Source of the DNA: Bdellovibrionales bacterium
GTDB lineage: Bacteria > Bdellovibrionota > Bdellovibrionia > Bdellovibrionales > UBA1609
Assembly (NCBI GenBank): GCA_965203095.1
Contig: OZ241877.1
Span: 1 to 64,000 of the forward strand
DNA: 64,000 nt
Reading direction: 5' to 3'
Both the position numbers and the translations under genes were made by a program. Each line of letters starts with the position of its first letter. The stretch's first letter is position 1. Below, one piece after another: positions 39,014 through 48,789 of the stretch. The notes beneath the pieces were generated by a model. The model did no database searches. It was not told the origin of the DNA and saw only the letters and a list, made by a program, of their open reading frames with translations.

Positions 39014-41122
39014 TTAAAAAGATTGGTTTTTAGCAGAGGATTGAGGAGTTCCTGCACTTTTTGAAAGCAAAGCCAGATCGACTGCAACATTTAAAGCCTC
39101 CTGAATATCAGGTCTGGCAAAATATTTCTTTTTATCATTTCCCCCTTCTTCATTTTCCAGTTCCTCTTCTTTTATCCAACTTTTGTCATCATCCTCGTTT
39201 ATGTCCTTCAGGGCTGTAGCAATAGTGATCACTTTTCGTTTTTCTTGTTCTTTTTTAAACTCCGATAACCTTTTTTTTATGCGATGGAATTTTTTGTTTT
39301 TTGAAACTCTTTTTTCAGAAAAATCTTTCAACTTTTTAATGACTTGCTGGTCCAAGGGCTTCCATCGGCCCGGCCCCCCCTTAGGAAATATGTCTTTTGC
39401 GGGGGACAGGAAGCTTTCAATAGTTTCTGCGGCTAAGGCATTATCCGTTTTCCTCTCTCCTAATTCCTCTATATTTAAAATACTGGGAAGAGGCACATCT
39501 GAGCGGACCCCCTCTTTTTGCGTGGATTTGCCACTGGGAATAAAATACAAGCCCACAGTGGTTTTTAAAGCACCAAAACCAGGGCGAAGTCGCTCTACCG
39601 ACTGAACACTGCCCTTGCCAAAAGTGTGCTCGCCACCCACAATTACCGCTCGCCTGTAATCTTGTAAAGTTCCAGAGACAATCTCAGATGCACTGGCACT
39701 CAAGCGATTGACCAGCACAACCAAAGGCCCGGCATAAAAAACCCGGCTGTCCCTATCTCTAAAAATTTGTGGGCGGGAACTGTTTTTTTCTGACTGCTTA
39801 ACCACATTGCCCTTGGAAAAGAAAAGCCCACTTAAGCCCACCGCCTCTTCTAAGGAACCTCCGCGATTAAAGGAGAGATCCAAAACTAAGGCCTGGATCC
39901 CTTGTTTTTTAGCTAAAATCAAAAGCTCTTTGACTTTGCGAGTCACCGACTTGCCCCAACCACCATCAGAACCATAAAAAGAGGGCACTTTTACCAATCC
40001 CACATTATAAGTTTCACCATTGTTTTTTACTTTGTGGTAGGAGATGGAGGCTTCTTCGTCTTTCAACTCCACCCGATCCCTTATGAGTTCCACTACAGAG
40101 ACTGTGTTTTTCCCGCTTTTTTCCGTCCGGGAAATTTTTAAAAAAACAGGAGTCCCCTTGGGCCCACGAATAATCGTCACAACATCTTCTATTCTCTCAC
40201 CAAAAATATTAACTAATTTTTCAGGACTTTGGCCCACAGCTAAAATTCTATCCTTAACTTTTATTTTTTGAGATCGAGCGGCCGCACCACTGGGGATGAG
40301 CTTTTCCACAACGGTATAGCCAGAACGGGAGCTTAAAGTCGCACCAATGCCCTCTAATTCCAAATTCATGTTGATTTGAAATTCCTCCCAATCCTCCTTA
40401 TCTAAATAGTTGGAGTGAGAATCTAAAGACTGGCTATAGGCATTAAGGTAACTAGAAAACCACTTCGATGGCTTGCAGGCTTTAAAGCTATTTTTGCTCC
40501 GGATCTTGCAATCCCTCAGCTCTTTTCGGCTGAGGCGAGGCTTCCAGGATAAAATCTGTTTTTGCTGATTGCTTAAGATATAAAAAACCTGCTGAACTGA
40601 TTTTTTTAAATCTTTCTCCATCAAAAAGATACGGGCAACATGGTATTGAATATAGCTTTTCATATTGTGATTGGCCTCAGTGACTGTTTTAGGATGAGGT
40701 TTTAAAGCCTTCAAATCATCATCCCGAATGTATTTTAATTTTCTTGTAAATAAAAAACTGTCATTTAAGATCTGGCTGGCAAAATGGATCCTCTCTTGAA
40801 CTCTCATAGAGTAAATATCATAGATATAGTAAAGGCCAGCACATCTTCGTTTTTTAATATCTAAAAAAAGCCTTTTGTTTTTTCTCTTAATGCTATCTAT
40901 GTCCGATTGTAAAAAATACATCTTTTCCCGATCCAAGGCTTTAATCAGTTGATCTAAAACCCGATCCCTTAATTCTGTTGTAAGCTTTTTATGAGAAATA
41001 TGGTTTTTCAAAAAGCGACCTTGTATGTAATGGAGTTGCCGGCAGGACAGCTCCTCCGCTTGAGTAAAAGGAGCACTTAAGAGCAGAAAAGCCACCAAAC
41101 TAAAAAAAGAAAAAAGCCTCAT
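39014..41122 (-). CDS. prc: Tail-specific (C-terminal processing) protease S41
   Basis: LEGIGA PDZ, IRGPKGT, NRGGSL, SASASEIV, TFGKGSVQ. Confidence 0.9.
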   Translation of the reverse strand: MRLFSFFSLVAFLLLSAPFTQAEELSCRQLHYIQGRFLKNHISHKKLTTELRDRVLDQLIKALDREKMYFLQSDIDSIKRKNKRLFLDIKKRRCAGLYYIYDIYSMRVQERIHFASQILNDSFLFTRKLKYIRDDDLKALKPHPKTVTEANHNMKSYIQYHVARIFLMEKDLKKSVQQVFYILSNQQKQILSWKPRLSRKELRDCKIRSKNSFKACKPSKWFSSYLNAYSQSLDSHSNYLDKEDWEEFQINMNLELEGIGATLSSRSGYTVVEKLIPSGAAARSQKIKVKDRILAVGQSPEKLVNIFGERIEDVVTIIRGPKGTPVFLKISRTEKSGKNTVSVVELIRDRVELKDEEASISYHKVKNNGETYNVGLVKVPSFYGSDGGWGKSVTRKVKELLILAKKQGIQALVLDLSFNRGGSLEEAVGLSGLFFSKGNVVKQSEKNSSRPQIFRDRDSRVFYAGPLVVLVNRLSASASEIVSGTLQDYRRAVIVGGEHTFGKGSVQSVERLRPGFGALKTTVGLYFIPSGKSTQKEGVRSDVPLPSILNIEELGERKTDNALAAETIESFLSPAKDIFPKGGPGRWKPLDQQVIKKLKDFSEKRVSKNKKFHRIKKRLSEFKKEQEKRKVITIATALKDINEDDDKSWIKEEELENEEGGNDKKKYFARPDIQEALNVAVDLALLSKSAGTPQSSAKNQSF

Positions 41123-41263
41123 ATAAATCTCTATCGGTTTAATTCTTAATGGATAATAGCTTTATTTAAAGATTTTTTTCATAAAGTCAAGTTTTTGTCT
41201 AAAAGTAGGACTAAAAAACAGGTCTAAAATTCACTTCATTGGCCCATTTTTTATCTTTATTTT

Positions 41264-42505
41264 TCAGGAAGAGATTTGCTTTAAAATTTCTGATTTGCCC
41301 GCTGAGGGCTTTTGTATTTGAATCTCATAAGCCTCTTTTAGTAAGGGGGAAATTTTATGTCGAGGTAGCTGAGGAAGTCGCTCTAAAATATCAAAACCTT
41401 TGACGAGGGGGCTTGGAAGTCGCCCTCCCTTTTGGATCCTCTCATACCTCCTCAATGTCTGGTTTAAGCCCTCAAGGCAGAGATTTTGACTTTTTTGCCA
41501 AAAAAAACTCAGCTCAAACACCGGCCCTTTTTGCCCTTCGAGGGCCTTCAGCTTTTCTGATAACAGAGAATGAGAGGTCAGCATTTTAACGGCTTTTAAA
41601 TAAGAAAGAACCTTTTTTATATCAGAGGATTTAAGGCGGAGTTTTTTTAAAAAAATATGAGCCGATTCGGGCTGAGAATAAAAAAAGGGCAGGGCCAAAA
41701 TCGCCCAACAAAAGGCTTTTTCATGAAAAAAAGAAAAGTTTTTATCCCAAAAAACAAAGGGATCTTTAAAAAAGGGGCTTTTTTGTGGAAGGCCGGGGAA
41801 AAGGCTTTCAAAAAAGCCATACTGCTTTAAAAGGCTTAAAGCCGGCCCGATTCTCCCTTCAGAAAACAGGCTTTCCAGCTCACTTAAAATCCTCTCTTGA
41901 GAGAGTTTTTTTATTTTTTGTGCAAAAAGGGGGATGGCTTTTTTAGTGGCTTTATCTATGTGAAAAATCAGCTTATGGGCCAGCCTTAAGGCCCTAATGG
42001 CCCGGAGATGATCTTCCTCAAATCTTTTTTCCGGGGAGCCTACGGCTTTAAGCCTTTTTTCACGAAGATCTTTAAGGCCCCCCGTCTTATCAATAATAGA
42101 GTTTTGTTGAGGATCGTAAAATAAGGCATTTATAGTAAAATCCCGCCTTTGGGCGTCTTCCTCCATTGTGCCATAAGATATGGAATCTGGCCTTCTCCCA
42201 TCACTTGAGTGGGAATCTTTTCTAAAACTTGTGATTTCCACAAGCTTTCCCTTTTTAATAGGGACTAAAACCACTCCGTATTTAGCAAATTTCCCCTTGG
42301 CAGAGGGAAAAATTTTTAATAGCTCTTCTGGCTGGGCCGGACTGGCCAGGTCAATGTCTTTGACAGCTCGTCCTAAAAGAATATCCCGAACAGCTCCTCC
42401 TGCCAGAACAGTCGGAAAACCTTTTTGGCAAAGGTTTTGAATCAAAGCCTTTATTTCTGGCCAAAAAGCGATTTTTTGTAAGCGATTCTTAAATTCCTTC
42501 TCCAT
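41264..42505 (-). CDS. tRNA nucleotidyltransferase (CCA-adding / poly(A) polymerase family)
   Basis: GGAVRD..DID, DGRRP loop, RRDFTINAL, RFEEDHLR; start moved to MEKEFK because the upstream ORF extension runs through a repeat element. Confidence 0.9.
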   Translation of the reverse strand: MEKEFKNRLQKIAFWPEIKALIQNLCQKGFPTVLAGGAVRDILLGRAVKDIDLASPAQPEELLKIFPSAKGKFAKYGVVLVPIKKGKLVEITSFRKDSHSSDGRRPDSISYGTMEEDAQRRDFTINALFYDPQQNSIIDKTGGLKDLREKRLKAVGSPEKRFEEDHLRAIRALRLAHKLIFHIDKATKKAIPLFAQKIKKLSQERILSELESLFSEGRIGPALSLLKQYGFFESLFPGLPQKSPFFKDPFVFWDKNFSFFHEKAFCWAILALPFFYSQPESAHIFLKKLRLKSSDIKKVLSYLKAVKMLTSHSLLSEKLKALEGQKGPVFELSFFWQKSQNLCLEGLNQTLRRYERIQKGGRLPSPLVKGFDILERLPQLPRHKISPLLKEAYEIQIQKPSAGKSEILKQISS

Positions 42506-42533
42506 AAAAAAACCTTTTTTAGAAGAATAAGTA

Positions 42534-42640
42534 GTCGTCCGTGAAAAAGCTGGAAGATTTTTTTGGCAAAGCTCGTCCCATTTTGTGGGAAAATATCTTG
42601 CCCCCTCCCTCACTGTCTGGTCTTTGAAAAAGCAAGGTGT
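42534..42640 (+). mobile_element. Degenerate core-hairpin element
   Basis: Left end gtcgtccgtgaaaaagc preceded by taagta; decayed core ttttgtgggaaaatatcttgccccctc. Confidence 0.7.
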
Positions 42641-42653
42641 TGGAACCCCGGGT

Positions 42654-43211
42654 TTATGAGAAAACTCTGGGTTTAAAGTTCTTTCTGTTTTGAACAAAAA
42701 CATCACCCACAGCCTCAATTACAAGAAAGCCCCTTTTTCTGGCTAAAATATCTGCTTGCCGGTTAGATTTTATTAAAAAGGCCACGGCCCCATAAATTGT
42801 TTTCCCCTCAAATTCCGGCCAATAAGTTTTAAATTTTTTTATGTTTTGTTCAAACTCTTTTACATCCGAAGGATCTAAGCTGGCTCTTACTTCCACAACC
42901 ACGACATCTTTTCCGTTAATGGCGACAATGTCAAACTCGGTATCAGCCCTTTTTATCCTGGTCATCACTCGATCCACTTCAAAACCTCTCTCCTTAAGCC
43001 TTTTAGCCAGATTCCCTTTCACTAAGTTTTCACCCAATCTCCCCCACTGGTTCCCGCTATCCCCCATATATTTATCCAATGTTTTTGCGGTTTTTTCCAC
43101 TTGTCGGTCTGTCTTTTGGCTACTGGCTGATAGCTCTTTAAGGTTTTTTTGTGTCTCCCGGACAAGCTTCCAGACTTCAGCCACTGTAGGATTTTTTGAT
43201 GATCGACTCAT
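42654..43211 (-). CDS. Coiled-coil + PD-(D/E)XK-fold protein, copy 2
   Basis: WGRLGE, EFDIVAING..VVEVR; near-identical to 43237-43848. Confidence 0.8.
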   Translation of the reverse strand: MSRSSKNPTVAEVWKLVRETQKNLKELSASSQKTDRQVEKTAKTLDKYMGDSGNQWGRLGENLVKGNLAKRLKERGFEVDRVMTRIKRADTEFDIVAINGKDVVVVEVRASLDPSDVKEFEQNIKKFKTYWPEFEGKTIYGAVAFLIKSNRQADILARKRGFLVIEAVGDVFVQNRKNFKPRVFS

Positions 43212-43236
43212 TTTAACTCCTTATTAAAACCCGTGT

Positions 43237-43848
43237 TTATGAGAAAATTCTGGGTTTAAAGTTCTTTCTGTTTTGAACAAAAACATCACCCACAGCCTCA
43301 ATTACAAGAAAGCCCCTTTTTCTGGCTAAAATATCTGCTTGCCGGTTAGATTTTATTAAAAAAGCGACAGCCCCATAAATTGTTTTCCCCTTAAATTCCG
43401 GCCAATAAGTTTTAAATTTTTTTATGTTTTGCTCAAACTCCTTTACATCCGAAGGATCTAAGCTGGCTCTTACTTCCACAACCACGACATCTCTTCCGTT
43501 AATGGCGACAATGTCAAACTCAGTATCGGCCCTTTTTATCCTGGTCATCACTCGATCCACTTCAAAACCTCTCTCCTTAAGCCTTTTAGCCAGATTCCCT
43601 TTCACTAAGTTTTCACCCAATCTCCCCCATTGGTTCCCGCTATCCCCCATATATTTATCCAATGTTTTTGCGGTTTTTTCCACCTGTCGCTCTGTTCTTT
43701 GGCTACTGGCTCGCCATTCGGCGATATCTTTTGCACTTTTTTTGGCTAATTTATTGTGAAGGTCTGATATCTCTTTAATGTTTTTTTGTGTCTCCCGGAC
43801 AAGCTTCCAAGCTTCAGCCACTGTAGGATTTTTTGATGATCGACTCAT
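43237..43848 (-). CDS. Coiled-coil + PD-(D/E)XK-fold protein, copy 1
   Basis: Same as copy 2 plus an 18-aa coil insertion; identical RBS taaggagttaaa. Confidence 0.8.
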   Translation of the reverse strand: MSRSSKNPTVAEAWKLVRETQKNIKEISDLHNKLAKKSAKDIAEWRASSQRTERQVEKTAKTLDKYMGDSGNQWGRLGENLVKGNLAKRLKERGFEVDRVMTRIKRADTEFDIVAINGRDVVVVEVRASLDPSDVKEFEQNIKKFKTYWPEFKGKTIYGAVAFLIKSNRQADILARKRGFLVIEAVGDVFVQNRKNFKPRIFS

Positions 43849-44007
43849 TTTAACTCCTTATTTTTAGTTTGTGTCCATAAATACCCTTTATAGTTTAATG
43901 CATAATGGATTCCTCTATTCAGGCCATTATAACATAAGAATTTTAGATGGGCTATAGTTTTTTGCCGGTATCCGGCATTTTTGTTCAGCTGGCGAAAAAT
44001 CTTATTT

Positions 44008-44520
44008 TTAGTTTGCCTAAAGACCACCCCATTTTCTTTCGTGGGAAAAATACCTTGGACCATCACCGGGGGGCTTTGGGCAAAATGAAGATTAAAGGAT
44101 ATTTTCTCCTGAGCTTGTTAAAAAACACCTCTTTAAGTTTCTTTTTCCAAAGGCCATTTCATTTCGGGACGGCAATACCTTGGACCCTCATGAAATGGCC
44201 TTTGGAAAAAAGAAGGAAAAAGCCATTATTCTTTAGTTTTTTTGCTCAAAGATCCCCCCATTATCTGCTCTATTTTGCGGGAAAATACCTTGGCCCCTCA
44301 TGGAACAAAGTCATTAAGAGGATGCTTTTTTAGATCGATTTATTGTCTGTGAAAAACTTCTGTCTTTTATCGCATAAGCAAAAGCCAGCGGTGAGGGTCC
44401 AAGGTATTGCCGTCCCGAACAAGCTGGACTTTTGCTTATGCGATCTATTAAATGTAGACTTTTTCACAGAGGATTTTTTAGCAATTAGTAGGCTGGCTTT
44501 TGGGCAAAAGTGATTAAAAT
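44008..44520. mobile_element. Cluster of four core-hairpin elements (two intact, two decayed cores)
   Basis: Intact cores 44163-44189 (+) and 44393-44419 (-); decayed cores at ~44038 and ~44274; TIR-bounded unit 44342-44474. Confidence 0.85.
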
Positions 44521-44563
44521 GTAGCTTTTCCTGCTTTTTTTAAAGAAAAAGCCCTTTATGGGC

Positions 44564-44591
44564 TAAAGTTTGGGATCAAACCAGCCGATAG
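44564..44591 (+). promoter_or_regulatory. Sigma28-type promoter TAAAGTTT...GCCGATAG
   Basis: Best FliA consensus match in the window; 10 nt before ATG 44602. Confidence 0.7.
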
Positions 44592-44601
44592 TCTTAATAT
44601 A

Positions 44602-45948
44602 ATGAGAAAAAAGTTTTTTTTATGGACAAAATCCTTTTTTTTTAAAACTTTGCGGGCTGTGGCTGTTGGGGCTGTGGCTGTTGGGGCTGTGGATAATATA
44701 CCTATGCCAGCACCACCAAAAGCAATAGCAGTAGCAGAATCAACAGGGGCGACGGGGACATGTGATGAGATTCTTCCAGCTGAAGTGGAGGCGGCAAGCA
44801 AAGGTCTAATGGATATGGGGGCTATGGCTATGGTGGGGCAAACCGCCAACACTGCGGTATCCGCTACTGAAGATGGAGGAGGTTCTGCCAAATTGGCTCA
44901 CCAAGGCAGTATGGCTATCAATGGGACTATGTCGGCTTATGCCTTATCTGTTTATGACAGTTGCACTTCCGCTTTCACCGCTTGTGAAACAGCTTGTGCG
45001 GTGGGAGAAGAGAAAGACGCTGTTCTTAGTAATTGTCCTAAAGAGGGTGCAGAAATTTGTTCTAAATATGGACCTGGAGAGACTCCTCCTTCTGACCTTA
45101 GTGTTGATTGTTCAAAGGTAAAAGCAAATTGTGAAGACCATAAAACAAAGATTTTAGCTCAATGCACAAGTGCCGCTGGGGCTTGCGATCAGGCTTTAAT
45201 ACAAGCGGGTTTATCTCTTGCCAATGTGGGAATATCCCTTATGGCTTTAAGAGCACTGAGAGGAGATGATGATGGAGGAGATGAATGTGAAGAAGGCGAA
45301 GACTGTCCGGATGAGAATACAACTCCTCTTCCTGATTTTAGGTCTTCCAGCCTTCCAACAGCTACTACAAACTCTCCCAACACTTCACCGGGAGAAGATG
45401 AGAAAAAAACTAATCAAGAATTTACTCCACCGGAAAAACCAGAAGAGAAAAAAACCACTGTGGCGAAAAAGGAGAAAGGGGAAAAATACAAACCCACTAA
45501 AGAAGGGACAGGAAGTGACAACACAATGGGTTTGGCCTCTGCACTTGGTGGGCAAAAGTCCGCTACTCCCTCAAATTCTGCTGGGGGCTTAGGTTCCTCT
45601 GGTTTGGGCCGAGGGCTTAGTTCTGCCTCTAATAATGATGGCGAGCCTTTAATGGATGATGAAGATGATGAGGACTGGAGACGAAATAACCCAGGAATAA
45701 CAGGTGCTTTTTCCGGAGGTCTGACATCTCAGCCCGCCAATGTTAGAGGAGGGGCAGGGGGCTTAGGGGGGCCTTCTCAAAGAGGAAAGTCGGGCAAAAA
45801 AAATAAAAACAAAAAATGGGCCCAAGCCTCCAAAAAGAAAGGGGATATTTTTGCTAAAGCCGGAGCACATAGCAGTATTTTTGAAAAAATGAGCCAGATC
45901 ATTCAATCTTATTGTGGCAAAGAAAAGGGGAATTGTAGCCAAAAATAA
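44602..45948 (+). CDS. Cys-rich secreted/membrane hypothetical protein with Gly/Ser low-complexity tail
   Basis: CxxxC clusters, hydrophobic helix, C-terminal SIFEKMSQ motif. Confidence 0.7.
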   Translation: MRKKFFLWTKSFFFKTLRAVAVGAVAVGAVDNIPMPAPPKAIAVAESTGATGTCDEILPAEVEAASKGLMDMGAMAMVGQTANTAVSATEDGGGSAKLAHQGSMAINGTMSAYALSVYDSCTSAFTACETACAVGEEKDAVLSNCPKEGAEICSKYGPGETPPSDLSVDCSKVKANCEDHKTKILAQCTSAAGACDQALIQAGLSLANVGISLMALRALRGDDDGGDECEEGEDCPDENTTPLPDFRSSSLPTATTNSPNTSPGEDEKKTNQEFTPPEKPEEKKTTVAKKEKGEKYKPTKEGTGSDNTMGLASALGGQKSATPSNSAGGLGSSGLGRGLSSASNNDGEPLMDDEDDEDWRRNNPGITGAFSGGLTSQPANVRGGAGGLGGPSQRGKSGKKNKNKKWAQASKKKGDIFAKAGAHSSIFEKMSQIIQSYCGKEKGNCSQK

Positions 45949-46004
45949 AAGGATATGCTTTTTTTGGAAAAAAGGCATTTTTAATTAAAAAAAAGGAGGA
46001 CAAT

Positions 46005-47588
46005 ATGGGTAAAAAAACTTTTATTGGGATTTTTTTATTGAGCATGGTCTGTGCGGGATCCCCTTTATGGGCTTTGAGTCCTGATCTCGAAAGAGAAACA
46101 GCACATGCCACACGAATTGCTGAGGAAAGTATGGCAAGACTTAAAAGCGATTTGGACAATTGCCGGCACCGTTGCCAAAGCTCCTGCCGAAGAGATGATC
46201 CCAATGGAGATTGTTCACCAAAAAAATGTGATGAGATACAATGTAAAACTCAAAAAACCAACTATGACAATGCCTCTGGAAAAGGAGTGAGTGCTCAAAG
46301 TGCCACTATCGAGGATTCAAAAGCACAACAACAGGAAATCATCAACAGACATAATCAAACTCTTGAAGGGAGAAAAACCGCTTTAGAACAGTGCCGTTCT
46401 CGATGCAAATCCAACTGCCAACAAAGCAATGGGGACAATTGCACAGATGATTTTTGTGATAATGAACATTGTAGTGCTTTAAAACGAGAAGTTGATCATC
46501 AACAAGAACGGGTGAATACGGCCGAACAAGGTATGGCAGAACTGGACCGCACTGCAGGAGAATCTACAAATGGAGGCTCCTCCAGCCCCTTAGAGGAAGT
46601 TGGAAAAAAAGCCAGGGATATGGGCATTTATGCGGCCATTGGCGGGGCGGGAACAGCGGCATTTTCCGCCTGGGCCTATGTTGCTTGTGGATGTACCGGT
46701 GGTTGTTGGCAATGTCCTGTAGCTGTAGCCGCGGCCGCGGCCGCGGCCTGGCAAACAGTGAGTATGGTAAAAAAGGCAAAAGAATTAGGGGACATAGAAC
46801 AAACCCTGTGTGCAGAGGAAGAGGGATGCCCCCCGAAAGATCCCCCAGGGGTTCCCCAAGATCCCCATCTTTATCTTTGCGGATCTGCTCCTTGTCCGTC
46901 ACCAGAAGAACTGAAGGCACAATTCAGTTCTTCTGGTGGCTCTGGTAATGATCCAAATGAAAATGATCCTTCTGACATTAAAAAATTTACACCAAAAGAT
47001 GAGACGGATGCGTTTACAGGCAGTTCAACTTATAGAGATGTGACAGATGCATGGCCAGGAGGACTTCCGGGTTTTCCACAAGATCTGTTAGATCGTAAAA
47101 TTCCTCAAAATGAGGACGATTGGAAGAAGTTTCCTAAAAAATACAGACCCACTCCGGCAACTAAGAATAAAATGAAAAAAATGATGGCCCAGGTCAATAA
47201 AGACAACAAAGCCTTGTTAAATCAGCTGTCCACCGGGAATCCTTTTGATGAGGACGGGGAGTTGAAAGAATTAGGGGATATGGATGGAGCCAAAACAGCT
47301 CAATTTTCTGGAGGAAGTAGTTCTGCTGGCCCTTCTCGCCCTTTAGCCTCTACAGCCACTGGTGGGGCACAAAAAAAGAAAAAGAAAAACGCACTGGCGG
47401 AACAGATGAAAAAGATGCTCAATAAAATGTATGGAGAAGGAGGAAGTGGGAAAAAAGATCTTTCGGATAAATCCATTCAAGTGGGCACTGATATTGTGGG
47501 AGTGGCTGAGGACAATATTTTTATGATGGTCCATCGCCGGCACCGGAGCTTAGATGGTGAAAATCGCTTTATCAAGGAAATGTTTTAG
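46005..47588 (+). CDS. Cys-rich secreted hypothetical protein
   Basis: Signal peptide, duplicated CRxRCxSxC module, Ala-rich helices, C-terminal DNIFMMVHRR; RBS aggagg. Confidence 0.75.
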   Translation: MGKKTFIGIFLLSMVCAGSPLWALSPDLERETAHATRIAEESMARLKSDLDNCRHRCQSSCRRDDPNGDCSPKKCDEIQCKTQKTNYDNASGKGVSAQSATIEDSKAQQQEIINRHNQTLEGRKTALEQCRSRCKSNCQQSNGDNCTDDFCDNEHCSALKREVDHQQERVNTAEQGMAELDRTAGESTNGGSSSPLEEVGKKARDMGIYAAIGGAGTAAFSAWAYVACGCTGGCWQCPVAVAAAAAAAWQTVSMVKKAKELGDIEQTLCAEEEGCPPKDPPGVPQDPHLYLCGSAPCPSPEELKAQFSSSGGSGNDPNENDPSDIKKFTPKDETDAFTGSSTYRDVTDAWPGGLPGFPQDLLDRKIPQNEDDWKKFPKKYRPTPATKNKMKKMMAQVNKDNKALLNQLSTGNPFDEDGELKELGDMDGAKTAQFSGGSSSAGPSRPLASTATGGAQKKKKKNALAEQMKKMLNKMYGEGGSGKKDLSDKSIQVGTDIVGVAEDNIFMMVHRRHRSLDGENRFIKEMF

Positions 47589-47618
47589 GCTTTGCCCAAC
47601 CCCTCCTCGGATTTTTTG

Positions 47619-47638
47619 ATTCCTGCTTTTGCAGGAAT
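47619..47638. repeat. REP-like palindrome attcctgc-tttt-gcaggaat
   Basis: Perfect 8-bp inverted repeat in the intergenic gap. Confidence 0.6.
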
Positions 47639-47675
47639 ACTTAAGCTTTAAAGAAGAAAATCCGATAAGATAATC

Positions 47676-48140
47676 ATGATGAAGCTTTGGTTTTTTCTCT
47701 CTTTTCTTTTTTGGACATCATCCTGCCAAGGGAATTTCTCTTTATCTCAATGGTTCGGCCAACTTAAGGATCAGGGCTTAACTTATTTTGCCTCAAGAGC
47801 GACTGAAAACAAACTCTCTGCCAAAGATCGACAAGAATTTTTGTATCTTTTTGGCGATTTGAGTTCTGCCAGCTCCTGCTCTCAGGTTCGTGCCTCTATA
47901 GAGGGCAATACCAGCCTTCAATTTTTTGAAAGGGAGTTTCACCTGCCCAAAGGTTTTTTATTTGATGAGTTTTTAGACTATGACTATGAAGAAGCCTTAC
48001 TGCAAGCTCAGCGAGAGCCTTCAGCTGAAGTGGCCTTTTCCTTAGTCAGTGTTTGGAAGACGGAGCTTTCCTTAGAAGAAATAGAGCCTATTATAAAAAA
48101 AGTCAGAATATGCTACCCAGACGAATATTTAGAAACTTGA
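47676..48140 (+). CDS. Hypothetical lipoprotein
   Basis: Hydrophobic N-terminus with TSSC; TCCGATAA 7 nt upstream. Confidence 0.6.
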   Translation: MMKLWFFLSFLFWTSSCQGNFSLSQWFGQLKDQGLTYFASRATENKLSAKDRQEFLYLFGDLSSASSCSQVRASIEGNTSLQFFEREFHLPKGFLFDEFLDYDYEEALLQAQREPSAEVAFSLVSVWKTELSLEEIEPIIKKVRICYPDEYLET

Positions 48141-48194
48141 AGTTTAATAGATCGAAAAATCCCTACTTGAGATAGCCTGCCCCCTCACACAAGG

Positions 48195-48752
48195 TTAACA
48201 AGGCTCAACCCCTTTGATTTCCGGCACAAACTGTCGCAAACGGGTTTCAATACCTTGTTTTAAAGTGAAAGTGGAGCTGGGGCAACCCGAACAGGCCCCC
48301 TTCAGCCTCAAAAACACAATTCCCTCTTTGTAGGAGACAAACTCAATTTGCCCCCCGTCCAAGGCCACTGCGGGCTGAATGTCCCGTTCTAAAATTTCTT
48401 TTATCTTTTGAGCCTCTAAGGAATCTGGAATAGTGGGTGGCTCTTTTTTGGCCTTATTCTCTTTAGGCCGGAGAACAAGCTCCCCACGATTTAAATGTTC
48501 CCGAATCAGATCGGATAAGGGATCACAAATCATATCCCATTCTAACCAATCCTCTTTTGTGACCGTCACAAAATCTTTACCTAAGAAAACCCTTTGGGCC
48601 CAGGGAAAGCCTAAAATTTTTTCCGCCAAGGGGGATCTTTGGGCTTGATCCCTTTCAGTAAATTCTAAAGCCTCATTGCTTATGGGCCGAGAGATAACAA
48701 ACTTCAAAGATTGAGGGTTGGGTGTTCTTTCATAAGTGACCTGAAAAGGCAT
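48195..48752 (-). CDS. Nfu/NifU-family Fe-S cluster carrier
   Basis: TPNPQSLKF, SPLA, DGGQIEF, GACSGCPSS. Confidence 0.93.
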   Translation of the reverse strand: MPFQVTYERTPNPQSLKFVISRPISNEALEFTERDQAQRSPLAEKILGFPWAQRVFLGKDFVTVTKEDWLEWDMICDPLSDLIREHLNRGELVLRPKENKAKKEPPTIPDSLEAQKIKEILERDIQPAVALDGGQIEFVSYKEGIVFLRLKGACSGCPSSTFTLKQGIETRLRQFVPEIKGVEPC

Positions 48753-48789
48753 ATTTTTATTTTATACAAAAAAATAAAATAAGCAAAAA

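Noticed and set aside
42506..42718. N-terminal extension of the CCA enzyme
   Set aside because: Overlaps a decayed repeat element and the neighbouring gene; family homology begins after MEKEFK.
43947..44333. ORFs sharing the peptide FGTAIPWTLM (also 53425-53613 and 62078-62278)
   Set aside because: They are translations of the repeat core with unrelated flanks; no evidence for a protein family.
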